Below are positions 1 through 14,480 of a DNA stretch of 64,000 nt, one piece after another. Both the position numbers and the translations under genes were made by a program. The stretch spans positions 248,001-312,000 of the forward strand of contig JBNJNM010000006.1 of NCBI GenBank assembly GCA_052426225.1, given 5' to 3'. The notes beneath the pieces are model-generated. The model ran no database searches. It saw only the letters and a program-made list of their open reading frames with translations, and was not told where the DNA came from. This DNA comes from Zancudomyces culisetae HAW-14-8. Lineage: Eukaryota > Fungi > Kickxellomycota. Numbering within the stretch: position 1 is the first letter of the stretch; each line of letters opens with the position of its first letter.

Positions 1-261
1 GGAAACGTTCTTGCCCACGATATCAACGACTTCAACTATGGTTATGACGCTGCAACCAACCAATACACCGATCTCATGAAGGCCGGTATTTTGGATCCTC
101 TCAAGGTAGTCCGCACTGCTTTGTTGGATGCCGCTGGTGTTTCTTCTCTGCTAACCACCACCGAATGTATTATTGCTGATGCTCCTGACAAGAACCCTTC
201 TCCTATGGCTCCAGGAATGGGCGGTATGGGTGGTATGGGCGGAATGGGAGGAATGATGTAA
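1..261 (+). CDS. HSP60: Mitochondrial chaperonin Hsp60, 3' end (5'-truncated by the window)
   Basis: [28 protein letters not shown] followed by the GGM-repeat tail typical of GroEL/Hsp60. Confidence 0.96.
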   Translation, partial: GNVLAHDINDFNYGYDAATNQYTDLMKAGILDPLKVVRTALLDAAGVSSLLTTTECIIADAPDKNPSPMAPGMGGMGGMGGMGGMM

Positions 262-725
262 ATTCTCTCTAGCCAATAGTTTTTTTGTCTTTTTTTGTGT
301 CTATTTCAGCTAATAAATAATTTTCTGACCTTTTCTCTATTTTTTATATATTATTTTTATCAATTTTCCTTTTTGAATCTCACTCCCAATTTCCCCCCTT
401 TTCCCCTTCCATCCAAATTTTTTTTTTCTGGCTTTGATTATTTATTTATTTATTTATTTTTTTTTGTCCAGCTCCAGTATAGTCGAGATATTATATTTCG
501 TTAGTAACCAGAAATTAAAAACCACCAAATACAAATTTTTACATTTTTATTTTTATCCATTTGTGTTTAACTATCAAATTCCAAAATCACTAAATCCTAA
601 AGATTTATAACCTACAAGTTCAAACACTAGGAACTACACTGTGATTGTTTTATCTGCGCTAAACCGCACGGCTACTACTATCCCAATACTTTTAGACGAA
701 AAAGACAATCGACAAAACACAAATC

Positions 726-1425
726 ATGTTGGCAAAATACGATTTTGAAAACGATCCTGATTTTAAGGAACCTGGTAGGCATTTACACTTTTCATGTCTA
801 CTTTTGCATATATTTTAGTTATTTACCTGCATACATGTTGTATAAATTTGGTGGCATAACAGTTCACCTCATAATTTCCAGAATTCAGTTTATACTCGCT
901 TATCATTTACACTCTAGATAAAAGGCGAAGCAGACTAACAGATTGACATTTAAAAATTATCAACAAAATAGAAATGAAGGTTACTAGAGAGGAAATGAAA
1001 CAAGCCAGACTCCCATTGGCGTATCGTGACTATTGCGCACATCTGCTAATCCCTCTAAACAGATGCCGCATCAAGAATCATTACCTACCTTGGAAATGCG
1101 ACGAAGAGCGTCATGCTCACGAGAAGTGTGAATATGAAGAGTAAGTATTGTTTTATCTTCCTCAAACTTCCTCTCTCTCTCTCTCTCCCACCTTCTTTTT
1201 CACTATTTTTTCTATTTATATATCATTTATCCACCTTTCCTTTTTCTTTCCTATCAATTAACCAAAGACACAATTTTTGAAACTATGATTTCGGATTTGA
1301 ATAATCATTTATTTATATGAATCTTGTCAACTTTAACCAAAATTTGGTAATTTTCTCTAAATAGCTTCTTGAGGAGAAGCAGAATCCTCTCAAAACTCAA
1401 AGAACAAGCCTCATCCGAGAAATAG
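726..1425 (+). CDS. NDUFB7: Complex I subunit NDUFB7/B18 (exons 726-774, 972-1140, 1365-1425)
   Basis: Manually spliced at GT-AG: MLAKYDFENDPDFKEPEMKVTREEMKQARLPLAYRDYCAHLLIPLNRCRIKNHYLPWKCDEERHAHEKCEYEDFLRRSRILSKLKEQASSEK; has the RDYCAHLLIPLNRC signature. Not in the ORF track. Confidence 0.93.
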
Positions 1426-1594
1426 CCATCTCTTCATTCGTTTGTTTGTTTGTTTGTTTTTTACATTTCCATCTTTTAACAAGTATTAATCAATAATAAA
1501 CTAAAATGCCATACTATTAGCCTTAGAAAACCACATTTCAAAAATCTAAACCACATATTATTACCAACAATCATCACACAAGCACAACCGGTTA

Positions 1595-4500
1595 TTAATA
1601 ACCACTGTTAAGCACACCCATGACATCCTGTAACACCAACTCATTACTACAGCTAATGTTAATCTGTTGTTGTTCGTGTTTACTCCTCTGTGCGTCGTTT
1701 AACACCCCAACCGTTATATTTACAGTTCCCAATATGTTATCCAAAACAATATTTTTCTGCGGGTTAATCCCATCGGCAAAACTGCGGTCAGCACTTTGCA
1801 AAAGAGTAGAAGATGGAGTATCGATTATTTTGTAGTCTAACTCTTCCATTTCACTAACAAGTTCTTCTACTGTCTTGCTTTTACCCCCTTTACGGCCATC
1901 TATTTTCTCCCAAATTTTTTTTTTGTTTTTTGCTTAGTACACTCATATCCAAGTACAACCTTTTGACTTGATAATTTGTTATAAAAAAAAACATCCCATT
2001 CACAATATATATTTTTTTAAAAAATTTCTAAACTAACTCTTACCTGATGAAATGGATGGCTTGGTTCCACTCATTCGGCCAAGATCATTTTGAATTCTAA
2101 ATATACATTCTCGATGCCCAACAATCTCCAACTTTCCTTGAATAACATTTTTACTATCACCATGGTTTCTCTTCCTCTTCCCATGTCTACCTACATTCCC
2201 AAAGTCATTATCACCATCGTCACCCTCTTTGCATACCTGTTCAACTATACTTTTTTCCATCATACATGGTATCCATATAGTTTTCCTTTCACCTCCCGCT
2301 AGCGATAATAAATCCTCCTGGACAATTTCGTAATTTTCATAGTATCTCAATGCCACGTTTTCATCACATTTTTGGATTTCCTGTTTTGTACTTTGCACCG
2401 ATTCTCCACCATACCTACTCATCGAGTTTTGCATAAACTTTGGTAATATAATCAGTCTGCTCTCGTTATTATTCGCGTGTGCAATTTCTCCTCCATTCCA
2501 ACCATCGCCTTGGCCAGGATTGGGATCTTCAAACGTCGTGACTATGTGCTCTACCTGTAGACTGTCTATCCTATTATCTAGATCATAACTCAACACTTTC
2601 ATCACCCCGGTCTCTGGTATTTCTATATTTTTGGTTATATTGTGCATATCCATCTCATCTATTTTTCATATTATTTCACACCGCGCATCATTATCATTAT
2701 GTTTCTAATATACAATCCCGTCTTTTAATAAAAAATCAGTTCACCAACTACAAACTTACTGGTAAATATGAGCAGATTTTTAAAATTGGCGTTGTTACTG
2801 TTTGGGCTTGTATACCGGTTCAGCTTTGGATCAGCATACATGTTGACTATAAAAGATAAATTTCCAAAATCTCTAGGCGAAATGAATATCACCTTGGAGT
2901 TGGTTAGCTGACGCTCCTGAGATATATCATCCACTCCCTTGTAATATTTTATCAGACCTCTTTCATCCATTTCTTTGACTACAAATGGATATTCTGGTAT
3001 AAACAACGCATTTCTTTTTGCCATGTTCAGCCTATAATTATTATTAATACATCTCATTAAACTTTACTATAATTTATCCTTTTGCATTCTTAACTTTGTT
3101 CCAAGTAAGCAATGAATACAAACACCTCAAAGGAAGAAGAGAAAAAAAAAAGATACTTGCCATTCTCCCATTATATTCCCGTATTGTATTGTTTTTTCAG
3201 CTATTGGTGAAACAAACCAATAGTGAGTCGAAGTTACATTCATCCCTTTCATATGTGTATATACTGATTCTACAATGTCATATACTAATCCATGCATCTC
3301 AGCAACCACTATTATTGTTGCGTCGTTTTTTATCCCTGCCGCTATTTAAGTGCAACGCTTTGTTAAAACAAATTCCTAACGACTAGTGGTCCTTTATACT
3401 TATATTATATTCTGTTAAACAGGATCAGTTTTCATTACCTATATTTGTAGTTATCTGATCAATTTGCTCATTTATGCTCCCCTTGCCATCCATGTCAATT
3501 TGCTGTCTGTACTTTTCTTTAATGTCCGAAAACAACACCACTTTACTATCTTTAAATATCGAATAATCAAACTCCATCGGATGTATTCCATGTTTTGCTA
3601 CAGATGAGGCCCCGAGCATACTTATCTATTTATTATGCATCACATCATGTTGTTATTTTACCCTTCCTTCCAATTCATAAAGGTATAAAAAGTAATATTA
3701 CATTTTGTCCCTTGTAACAAACTTTCCAGTTGGCTGAACCAATGCAAAAGCCTGCCGATGTAGCTTGAACCCTCAAATTCCCAATTACTGGTACTGGCTC
3801 CACCACTTCGTTATACCTCACAGCTGTCACTTTGTTGTAGCTACTGATGATCTCTTTCTCGGAATATATCCGCATAAGTCCATCGTACTCGTCGTCGTTT
3901 TTAGAAAACGTGGCTATTCTGTTTGTCGGTTCGTGTTTTTTTATCAAATTTGGCTCCTCCAATACGCACCTATTCAATAGTTTAAAATATTGTGTTTACA
4001 TTCAAATATACATTTACTATCAACCCCTTTTGACAAAAAAGTGCTAGCAACCAGCTCAACTCGGGATATTATTCTAGTGTCAAACTAGTGCCAGATCAGT
4101 AATAAACTACGTTTTATATACTGTTCCTCAATGTTTTTATTTAAAGTACTTGCTGGTTCATCACTTATTATTTAGTAGCTTTTATTATTTATTTATTTTT
4201 AAAAATAAACAACTTACTTTATGTATTCCAAAGCCGCTTCTGTAACATAGATAAATCCGCTAAACTCAGTTCGTTCCGTAACAAACGGGAGTAGAAGCAC
4301 ATTAGTATAGTTTGAGATCAATATAAAATCCACTACTGACCAGTCAATCATCTCGATAGTCCTGGTCAAATGTTGCATATATACTTGCTGAAGTTTTGAT
4401 TTGTTGTGTTCATTCGTAAACCCGTTTTTCTGTTGGTATCCGACGGAATTAACTCGATACTGTATTTCGAATTTTTCAACAAACTCGTATAATAGTGGAA

Positions 4501-4597
4501 ACCCCAATTCGTAGACAAACGTAAAATCTCCGGTGCTACAAACAAACATGTTGTACTTTTCACTAAAGCTATAGTTTATTATCTGAATCTCCTCCAT
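1595..4597 (-). CDS. INTS9: Integrator complex subunit 9-like (inactive MBL/beta-CASP), multi-exon
   Basis: Exon ORFs contain IDWSVVDFILISNYTNVLLLPFVTERTEFSGFIYVTE, SAGFCIGSANW, HPMEFDYSIFKDSKVVLFSD and LDNRID, matching IntS9 blocks (VDVILISNY..LPYITE.TGF.G.VYATE; SSGYALGSSNW; HPQPMDQ). Exon borders not all resolved. Confidence 0.82.
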
Positions 4598-5082
4598 TTC
4601 TGCTTGTCTATTTGTTGTGCGGTTCTATATCTAGTTTGGGACAAAATATAAGATTTATTTTATATTGTGGGAACAAGAAATGTCTATAATGTAGTGAGAG
4701 TATTTAAAAAAAAGTAAATGTTAATAATTTGAGCAAATAATGGAAGGATAGCTAATTTGCGCAAATAAAAAATCGAATAGTTTTGGGAATCAGCTATTAA
4801 ATAATACTGCACTAAGACCATTCAAAGTTGATGCACTTTACATCAAAAGGGAGTTTGAGTTAGTTCAAAGTTCAAAAGCTTCTTCAGTCTTAAAGCGGTA
4901 AACCTTGCTACGATCTACATCAACAGACCGCTAATCAAGTCCATGGTCCTATTCAGTTTGCATTTTCCTCTAATGGATCAACATATATTAGTAGACAAAA
5001 AAAAAACAACAGATTCTCTAAAAAAAATAAAAAAATACCAGCACAGCTCAACTTTGACACTTCAAAAAACAACCACCACCCA

Positions 5083-7221
<2,139 letters not shown>

Positions 7222-7942
7222 CTAGAAAAGTCTAAAAGATAGTATTGTTCTGTCTTGAAAATGGGTATAAAATGTGTTTGGTTTAGTAGGTGTGAGCCCG
7301 CCAAAATTATTTTTTATCAAAATCTACCAGCCAACTAAATATTTGATCTAATAATACCATGGATATTGATCTAAGCTGACAAAGTTTGAGAAAACGAGAC
7401 AGAGGTAGAGAGGGAGAGAGGTAGAGAGGGAGAGACGGTGAGGAGAAAGTCAGCGTATTACATTTAACCTTATCTTTACAAACATTTGCTGCATTCTAGC
7501 TGCGTTGCATAAAACAGTAGTATACGATCAAGTTGTGCTGAGTATATTATAATACTTGGATGCTACCTATGGCAACTTGGAAGTAAAAATAAAATAATGC
7601 TTTAACACATAATCTTGCACCCATTAATCACAAGTGAAGGATATTTGAGTACAGCAGAGAGCATTTGTGCAAAGATAAAGGCAGATTGATTATCGTCTTT
7701 CAGCATTTGCGTATAAAAATAAAGCTCTTATCCTATCGATTAAATAGTCATTAGATTAAACTAAGACCTTATACTGGCTCTGATTGGGTTATCACATATT
7801 AAATCAGAGAATTCTGCTTTTCTACAACGGTTTAAATTAATGTTTAAAAGCAACATTAATACCAATGTCTATATTTTCAACCCTGCACCTCTTTCAAACT
7901 ATTAGGATAGGCAAAAAGCTTGGGTAGTTTTTTTTAAAAAAA

Positions 7943-10156
7943 ATGAAATTTGGGACGTATTTTGAAGAAAAGAAATCGGATTTTCCAGCCGAATGGCAGA
8001 GTTACTTTATATCATACTCTGAGCTTCGGGCAACACTGGAAGAGAATGTGCAGGAATACTCTGTTGATCTACTCAAGTCGTTTCCAAAGGGTCACAACTT
8101 TTTATGGAAACACGTAAATTCAGCAGTTAATCTACACCTTAACACCGTTGATCCCAGGCTTCTAGGGGAAACTGAGAAACATGGAGAAGTACAGAGCGAG
8201 GGCATTAGTCAGATCGATCAGCAGCAGGTAGAGAGTTTTAGTAGCAGCAGTAAGGACTTCAAAAGAATTTTAGGAGCTAGATTGGGGGTGCTCTCCGAGC
8301 AAGTTCCCAAGTTTATCGAATTGCTAGACAAGCATGTGGAAAAGATGGATATGTTTATCAGAAAGAATGTCGAAGAGGGAGCGCAGAGGGTAGAGGAGAT
8401 ATTGGAACAAATCAAAGAAAACAAAACAAAGGAGGGTCATAGTGGCATCAAAGTAAACTCAAAGGTGTTCAAAGATCTCAGTGAAAGTCTGGATAAGATC
8501 GTTTTACTTGAGCAATTCATATTTTTGAATATCACAGTCTTAGTTAAGCTGTTGAAGAGACTGGATAAGCACAGTGGATTGAAAATCAAGGAGCCATATA
8601 TTATGAGAGTTGGACAACTTCTAGTACCAACAAACACTGAGATTCTAGAGATAAAGGAGAAGACAATGAACAAGATAGCAGAGGCTACTGGCAATGGATC
8701 AGAGTCAGAAAATGGAAATTCTAATGGAGAGCGTGCTCAAGAAGAAATGGATACAATTCTACGCGAAATCAATCTGTTGGAAAGAATCAAAAGCAACAAC
8801 GAGGGGCTAATTAATATAGCCTCAGGAAAAGACGGTGAAAACGAAGTCAAGGGTTTGGTGGAGCAAAAGTCTGAAGAACTCAAGATTGAACGAATTATGA
8901 ACAAGGTTGAAGGGATGCAAAACATTACAGTATCCTTGCGCGGACCTCATGGAACCGACATAATAGGCGGACTATTGGATTGTTGTTCTCGGTACAAGTG
9001 CAAGATCTTGGATTTTTCATTATCGAGACTGCATCACAACGTGGTGTTTGGCGTGCTGATACACATAAGAGGAACACAGGTGGAGCTGTTCAATGCGTTA
9101 GTTAGAGCAGCGCGGCAGTGGGATGCAGTTTTGACATTTGATGTGCAAAATGCAAAATTACAAGCCAAGCAAATAGCAGACGGGCTAGAGTACCGACTTG
9201 AAGAGGCTCCATATGCGGGTAGAGTCAAGTATGTAGCAACATTGTTAAAAGAGAATGGGCTGGGCTCAACATTTTTGGATACCTTTGTCAAATGGTTGTT
9301 GGCGAAAAGAATTTCTGTGTTGAAAATGAAGCGCTTGGATTCCAGTAAAGTATTGAAATCTATAGAATTTACGCTTAGTGTTCCAGGTGATCTAGATATC
9401 GAAGCATTGCGGTTAGACCTGTTCCAGTTGTCGAGCGAGCATTTTACGGACGTGGCATTCCAGCCGGACAATGTGTTTCGAAGACAAAAGCGACTGGTAG
9501 TATTTGATATGGATTCAACACTGATTCAACAAGAAGTGATTGACGAAATTGCAAGGCATGCTGGAATTGTCGAAAAAGTATCTGAAATCACAGAACTAGC
9601 AATGAGGGGCATGATCGACTTCAAGGAATCATTAGCACGCAGGGTCAAGCTGCTTGAAGGAACACCGGTTGAGGTACTCGAGCTCGTACGGAAGCAGTTG
9701 CAATTTACTGAGGGAGCACATTTTCTGTGCCGTGCACTCAAGTCGGCTGGATTCAAGCTTGCAGTTATCTCAGGAGGATTTGTTCAGCTAGCCAAATATG
9801 TCAAGGCTGAATTGGGTTTGGATTACCACTTTGCCAATCAACTGGAAACCACCAGTGATGGTAAATACCTGACAGGAAGAACAGTAGGGCCTGTAGTAGA
9901 TGCTGAACGTAAAGCCGAACTCTTAGAGGTCATTGCTCAGGCTGAAGGGATAGCAATTGACCAAGTTGCAGCGGTTGGTGATGGAGCAAATGACTTGCTT
10001 ATGCTTGCCCGGGCCAGTTTGGGAATTGCGTTTAATGCTAAACCAAAGGTCCAGGCCCAGGCAAGGGTTAGAATTAACCAACCGTCGTTGGTGAATGTTT
10101 TGTATTTGATGGGATATTCTGATGAGGAGGCAGCACAGTTGCAAAATGGATTTTAA
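7943..10156 (+). CDS. SPX domain - ACT domains - phosphoserine phosphatase (SerB, HAD family) fusion
   Basis: N-terminal MKFG...W..YFISY..L and LEQFIFLNITVLVKLLKRLDK (SPX). C-terminal VFDMDSTLIQQEVIDE, ISGGF, K and VGDGANDLLML (HAD PSP motifs). ACT-like segments lie between. Single intronless ORF. Confidence 0.9.
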   Translation: MKFGTYFEEKKSDFPAEWQSYFISYSELRATLEENVQEYSVDLLKSFPKGHNFLWKHVNSAVNLHLNTVDPRLLGETEKHGEVQSEGISQIDQQQVESFSSSSKDFKRILGARLGVLSEQVPKFIELLDKHVEKMDMFIRKNVEEGAQRVEEILEQIKENKTKEGHSGIKVNSKVFKDLSESLDKIVLLEQFIFLNITVLVKLLKRLDKHSGLKIKEPYIMRVGQLLVPTNTEILEIKEKTMNKIAEATGNGSESENGNSNGERAQEEMDTILREINLLERIKSNNEGLINIASGKDGENEVKGLVEQKSEELKIERIMNKVEGMQNITVSLRGPHGTDIIGGLLDCCSRYKCKILDFSLSRLHHNVVFGVLIHIRGTQVELFNALVRAARQWDAVLTFDVQNAKLQAKQIADGLEYRLEEAPYAGRVKYVATLLKENGLGSTFLDTFVKWLLAKRISVLKMKRLDSSKVLKSIEFTLSVPGDLDIEALRLDLFQLSSEHFTDVAFQPDNVFRRQKRLVVFDMDSTLIQQEVIDEIARHAGIVEKVSEITELAMRGMIDFKESLARRVKLLEGTPVEVLELVRKQLQFTEGAHFLCRALKSAGFKLAVISGGFVQLAKYVKAELGLDYHFANQLETTSDGKYLTGRTVGPVVDAERKAELLEVIAQAEGIAIDQVAAVGDGANDLLMLARASLGIAFNAKPKVQAQARVRINQPSLVNVLYLMGYSDEEAAQLQNGF

Positions 10157-10733
10157 ATAACATTTTGATACTTTTTCTATTATCAGATACTATGATATAT
10201 CTTTTCAATACGTAAAAAAATATACTCCACGTTCATACGCACAAATAAGAACGCTTGCTATTAAGGGCAAAACTGGTAATGGTAAATACAAGGTTTCCTG
10301 ATCTTGTAGTGTTTATGCTGAAAGTAGGATCACTTTGATTGGAGAATGAGATTCGTTCTTTTTCTTTTTCTTTTTTTTTCTGCTTTTTTCCGTTTTTGAA
10401 GTTTAAGTTTGGATTTCTTCACTCCCCAACCATCTACGTCATTTATTGATGGAGGAAAATTTTTTTGAATATTAGATATTCCAATTCCAATTCCAATTTC
10501 AAAAAACAATATTCACAATTCGTTAACCGAATTCCTCAACAAGTGTACTTTGAATTGAGAATTTAGAATTCTATTCAAATACGTCAAATCACTTTTCAAA
10601 TAGTGAGGATTACTTGTGAATAGGAGATCAATTGTTTGTAAATTTTCCTTTTAATTCGAAAAATCTACTAAATATCCTGCCATTTCACCAACTTGTTAAC
10701 TTAATTTAGAACAAGAAAAGAATTGAAATAGAA

Positions 10734-13013
10734 ATGGCGCAGCAACAAGAAAAGGAAAAGGAAAGACTTGTGGGAATATTAGATGGTCTAGAGGCCACAA
10801 TATCCGAGTATATTTCAGGATTTGTTCTTGACGCAATAAAAGACATTGAAACTACATGGACGAGTGGGAACGCAGGAGCAGGGGACGAGGAAGATTCAGT
10901 TCAGGAAGTAGTCAGAACAATGCTGGAAGAAAGTGGAGAACAAGGGAAGAAAATCGAAGCGATATGTACAGAAATAGAAAAAATGTTGCTTGAAGAAAAA
11001 CAACGGATTCAGGAAAAACGAGTCGGTAGCAGGAGAGGAGTAGAGTTTTCAGCTGGAGGAATCACAAAGTTGGACAAGCCAATTAGTTTAACCTTGGATC
11101 AAGCCAAGATTTCTAGAGAGACCAAGATGGTATATGGAGAAGTGGATATTGGACACACAAAGGGCCGTAAAGTGGCATCACAGGTTGATACTAAAAAGTT
11201 GAAGAAGGCAGAGGCCAAAATAGCGTCAAAACTAGAAAAACGAGAGCTCAAGGCTAACTATGAAGCTAGTAAACTAATAGACGGCAAAACAGCAGAAGAG
11301 GAGGAAGAGGAGTTTTTGCGCATGGTTAATCCAATTTTGGATTATACCGAAAGCAAAGGAAGGAACAAGGATATCATACTGGAAAACTTTGATATTTCAT
11401 TTGGAGGAAAACGAATACTGACTGATTCTCGGTTACAAATGAATTTTGGAAGACGGTATGGTTTGATAGGAAGAAACGGAATAGGAAAGTCAACACTGTT
11501 GCGTCATATTTCACGCAGAGAACTCACAATTCCTACATTCATAAGTATCTTGCACGTTGAACAAGAAATGGCAGGAGATGACACACCGGCTATTGAATCG
11601 GTGGTCAAAGCCGATTATTTTAGAACAAGGTTGCTAAAAGAAGAAAAAGAATTAAATGCTGAGGTTCAAGAAATAGAAAGCGAACTATCACAATCCCAAG
11701 AAGACAAGGAGCGCTGCTTGGAGCTCGAAAAACAGAAATCGGATGCGGGCAATAAGCTCAACGAGGTACATAGGAAATTGCAAGAGATTGAGGCAGACAA
11801 GGCCGAAGCCAAGGCAGGAGAAATTCTGAGTGGATTGGGCTTTGCAGCATCCGAGTTCCTGAACCCAACAAGGAGTTTTTCTGGTGGATGGCGTATGCGG
11901 CTGTCTCTTGCCAGAGCACTGTTCTGCAAGCCTGATTTGCTGTTGCTTGACGAACCGACAAATATGTTGGATTTCCCTGCGGTGGTTTGGTTGGAAAGAT
12001 ACCTGCGCACGTGGCCAAACACTTTGTTGGTAGTGTCTCACGATCGAGATTTCTTGGATGAGGTAGCCACAGATATTATTCATCAGCACTCCGAGCGACT
12101 GGATCAGTACCGTGGCAACTTTTCGTCGTTCTGGTCAACAGCGGACGAGCGCAAAAAGAACCAGCAGCGCGAGTACGAGGCTCAGCAAAAATTGCGTGCC
12201 CATTTGCAGGACTACATCGACCGCTGGCGGTATAATGCCAAACGTGCATCCCAAGCCCAGAGTAAACTCAAGGTTCTCGAAAAACTGCCCGAGTTGGAGC
12301 CCCCAGAACTTGAAAAGGTTGTTACGTTTACGTTTCCAGAGACTGAACGCATTACTCCTCCACTACTTTATATGGACGAAGTCACTTTTAAATACCCCAC
12401 AGCCAGCAACTTTGTTCTTAAGAATGTCAACATTGACATGCGTATGGACTCACGGGTAGCCATCGTAGGTCCCAACGGTGCGGGAAAAACCACATTATTG
12501 AAACTGCTGATAGGCGATCTCGATCCAAGCTCTGGTCATGTTCACAAACACGGTCGACTCAAAATCGCCTATTTCTCACAGCACCATGTTGACCAGCTTG
12601 ATACTTCACTTACTGCCATTGGTCACATGATGAAAACATTCCCCGGCCGCACAGAAGAAGAGTACCGCCGCAACCTTGGCTCGTTTGGCATTTCGGGTCT
12701 GACTGGTTTACAAAAAATCTCTACGTTGTCTGGTGGTCAAAAGAGTCGTGTAACTTTTGCCTGTCTTGCTGTGCTGAACCCTCACTTTTTGGTTCTGGAT
12801 GAACCTACCAATCACTTGGATATGGAATCCATAGATGCTCTTACCGCTGCACTTAGAAAGTTCAATGGTGGCGTGGTAATTGTTTCCCACGACCAGCGCT
12901 TCATTTCGTCGGTTTGTGATGAGATCTGGGTTTGTAACAATGCCTGTGTGACTCTGTTTAGGGGTAATGGCATCAAAGAATATAAAGACTCCATTTGTTC
13001 TCCTACAGCCTAA
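10734..13013 (+). CDS. GCN20: ABC-F translation regulator Gcn20/ABCF3
   Basis: Two ABC cassettes (GRNGIGKST/FSGGWRMR/LLLDEPTN and GPNGAGKTT/LSGGQKSR/LVLDEPTN), no TM helices, extended N-terminus. Confidence 0.92.
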   Translation: MAQQQEKEKERLVGILDGLEATISEYISGFVLDAIKDIETTWTSGNAGAGDEEDSVQEVVRTMLEESGEQGKKIEAICTEIEKMLLEEKQRIQEKRVGSRRGVEFSAGGITKLDKPISLTLDQAKISRETKMVYGEVDIGHTKGRKVASQVDTKKLKKAEAKIASKLEKRELKANYEASKLIDGKTAEEEEEEFLRMVNPILDYTESKGRNKDIILENFDISFGGKRILTDSRLQMNFGRRYGLIGRNGIGKSTLLRHISRRELTIPTFISILHVEQEMAGDDTPAIESVVKADYFRTRLLKEEKELNAEVQEIESELSQSQEDKERCLELEKQKSDAGNKLNEVHRKLQEIEADKAEAKAGEILSGLGFAASEFLNPTRSFSGGWRMRLSLARALFCKPDLLLLDEPTNMLDFPAVVWLERYLRTWPNTLLVVSHDRDFLDEVATDIIHQHSERLDQYRGNFSSFWSTADERKKNQQREYEAQQKLRAHLQDYIDRWRYNAKRASQAQSKLKVLEKLPELEPPELEKVVTFTFPETERITPPLLYMDEVTFKYPTASNFVLKNVNIDMRMDSRVAIVGPNGAGKTTLLKLLIGDLDPSSGHVHKHGRLKIAYFSQHHVDQLDTSLTAIGHMMKTFPGRTEEEYRRNLGSFGISGLTGLQKISTLSGGQKSRVTFACLAVLNPHFLVLDEPTNHLDMESIDALTAALRKFNGGVVIVSHDQRFISSVCDEIWVCNNACVTLFRGNGIKEYKDSICSPTA

Positions 13014-13529
13014 CACTGCCCCCCCCTTTTTTTTTCTTTGCACAGTTCTCATCTCTTTCTATTTTACTTTATTTTACTTTTTGCTACTCTGGTTTAGCTG
13101 ATTAATACAAAGTCCTTAAAACAAACTCACCACTAGCTGTTTTTTGATATTGTGGTCCCATTTCTTTTTTTTTCTTTATTTTATTTGTTGGAGTCGCCAA
13201 GCTCGTGTATAGTTTATTAGTCAGGCAACTTGCGTTTAGTCATCATCAAGTTTATGGAAACACTCGTCAAAAATGACAAACAGAACCCAATAGTTATAGG
13301 CAAATGGATAATTTTTGTTTTTTTCTGTTTTCTTTTAGATGATTGGCCCGCTTGCTGCCTGCTTAGATTGATAAGTCCCAACCTCTTTTATTTCCACATA
13401 GTTAAAGTTGATGTCCTTTAAGTATTTTGATAAACAATAAATAAAAAAAGCATTCGCTTTATTGACTTGAATTTCAGACTAATATAAGGACTTTATAAAA
13501 CATTAATCATTTCTACACACATCAAACCA

Positions 13530-14480
13530 ATGTTCCGAGCCGTAAATCTTGCCAAAAGAAATCCCATTCTCTCTTCAAGTAGTGGTAAGAATGGTATTTA
13601 CCTGTTTTCTTCTTTGACCAGACAATCAGCCACCAACATCAATGGTGCAGCTACAGTTTTTTCTCTTGCCAATAAATCATTAAACAATCACGATTACAAG
13701 AGATTCTTCAATTCTTCTCCAGTGAAATTCGATTCAAACACAAACAAGAATAATAACGATGATAGTAAAAACAGCGAGCAGAAAAAACAAAAATTCAATC
13801 CTAATTCTGGCAGAAAATCGAACTTTTTAGGTATGCCAAACAGCGGGCCTTTGTCGCCAATCGGTGTCAGTCTGTTTCTTATAGCCGCTACATCGGTTTA
13901 CTATATATTCACTATTGAAAAGGAAAAGGCGGAATTAAAAAGACAACTCGATGCACAGGCGGATAAACAGATCGGTAAACCAAAGATCGGTGGACCTTTT
14001 ATATTGGTTGATCATAACAACGTCCCATTCACCGAACAAGATTTGAAGGGAAGGTATACTCTTATCTACTTTGGATTTTGTCACTGCCCCGATGTTTGTC
14101 CTGAGGAGTTGGACAAGATCGGTGATACTCTTACTATTTTAGATACCGATCCTATAACTAAAGACAGAGTCACGCCTGTTTTCATCACTTGTGATCCTCA
14201 AAGAGATGATCCAGATACCGTCAAAAACTATCTAAAAGAATTCCATCCAAAATTCATTGGCCTGACTGGAACCATCGAACAGGTTCAGGCCGCTTGTAAG
14301 GCATACAGAGTCTACTTTAGCAAGCCACCATCACTAAAAGAGAATCAGGATTACTTGGTTGATCACTCTATATTCACCTATTTTATGAACCCTAGTGGTG
14401 AGTTTATTGATGTCTATGGTAAAGAGCGCTCTGAAACCGAAATGGCGAACTCCATAAGGAGCCATATCTTGTCACAATAA
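13530..14480 (+). CDS. SCO1: Mitochondrial copper chaperone Sco1/2
   Basis: Presequence, one TM helix, IGGPF, YFGFCHCPDVCPEEL (CxxxC), DYLVDHS. Confidence 0.96.
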   Translation: MFRAVNLAKRNPILSSSSGKNGIYLFSSLTRQSATNINGAATVFSLANKSLNNHDYKRFFNSSPVKFDSNTNKNNNDDSKNSEQKKQKFNPNSGRKSNFLGMPNSGPLSPIGVSLFLIAATSVYYIFTIEKEKAELKRQLDAQADKQIGKPKIGGPFILVDHNNVPFTEQDLKGRYTLIYFGFCHCPDVCPEELDKIGDTLTILDTDPITKDRVTPVFITCDPQRDDPDTVKNYLKEFHPKFIGLTGTIEQVQAACKAYRVYFSKPPSLKENQDYLVDHSIFTYFMNPSGEFIDVYGKERSETEMANSIRSHILSQ

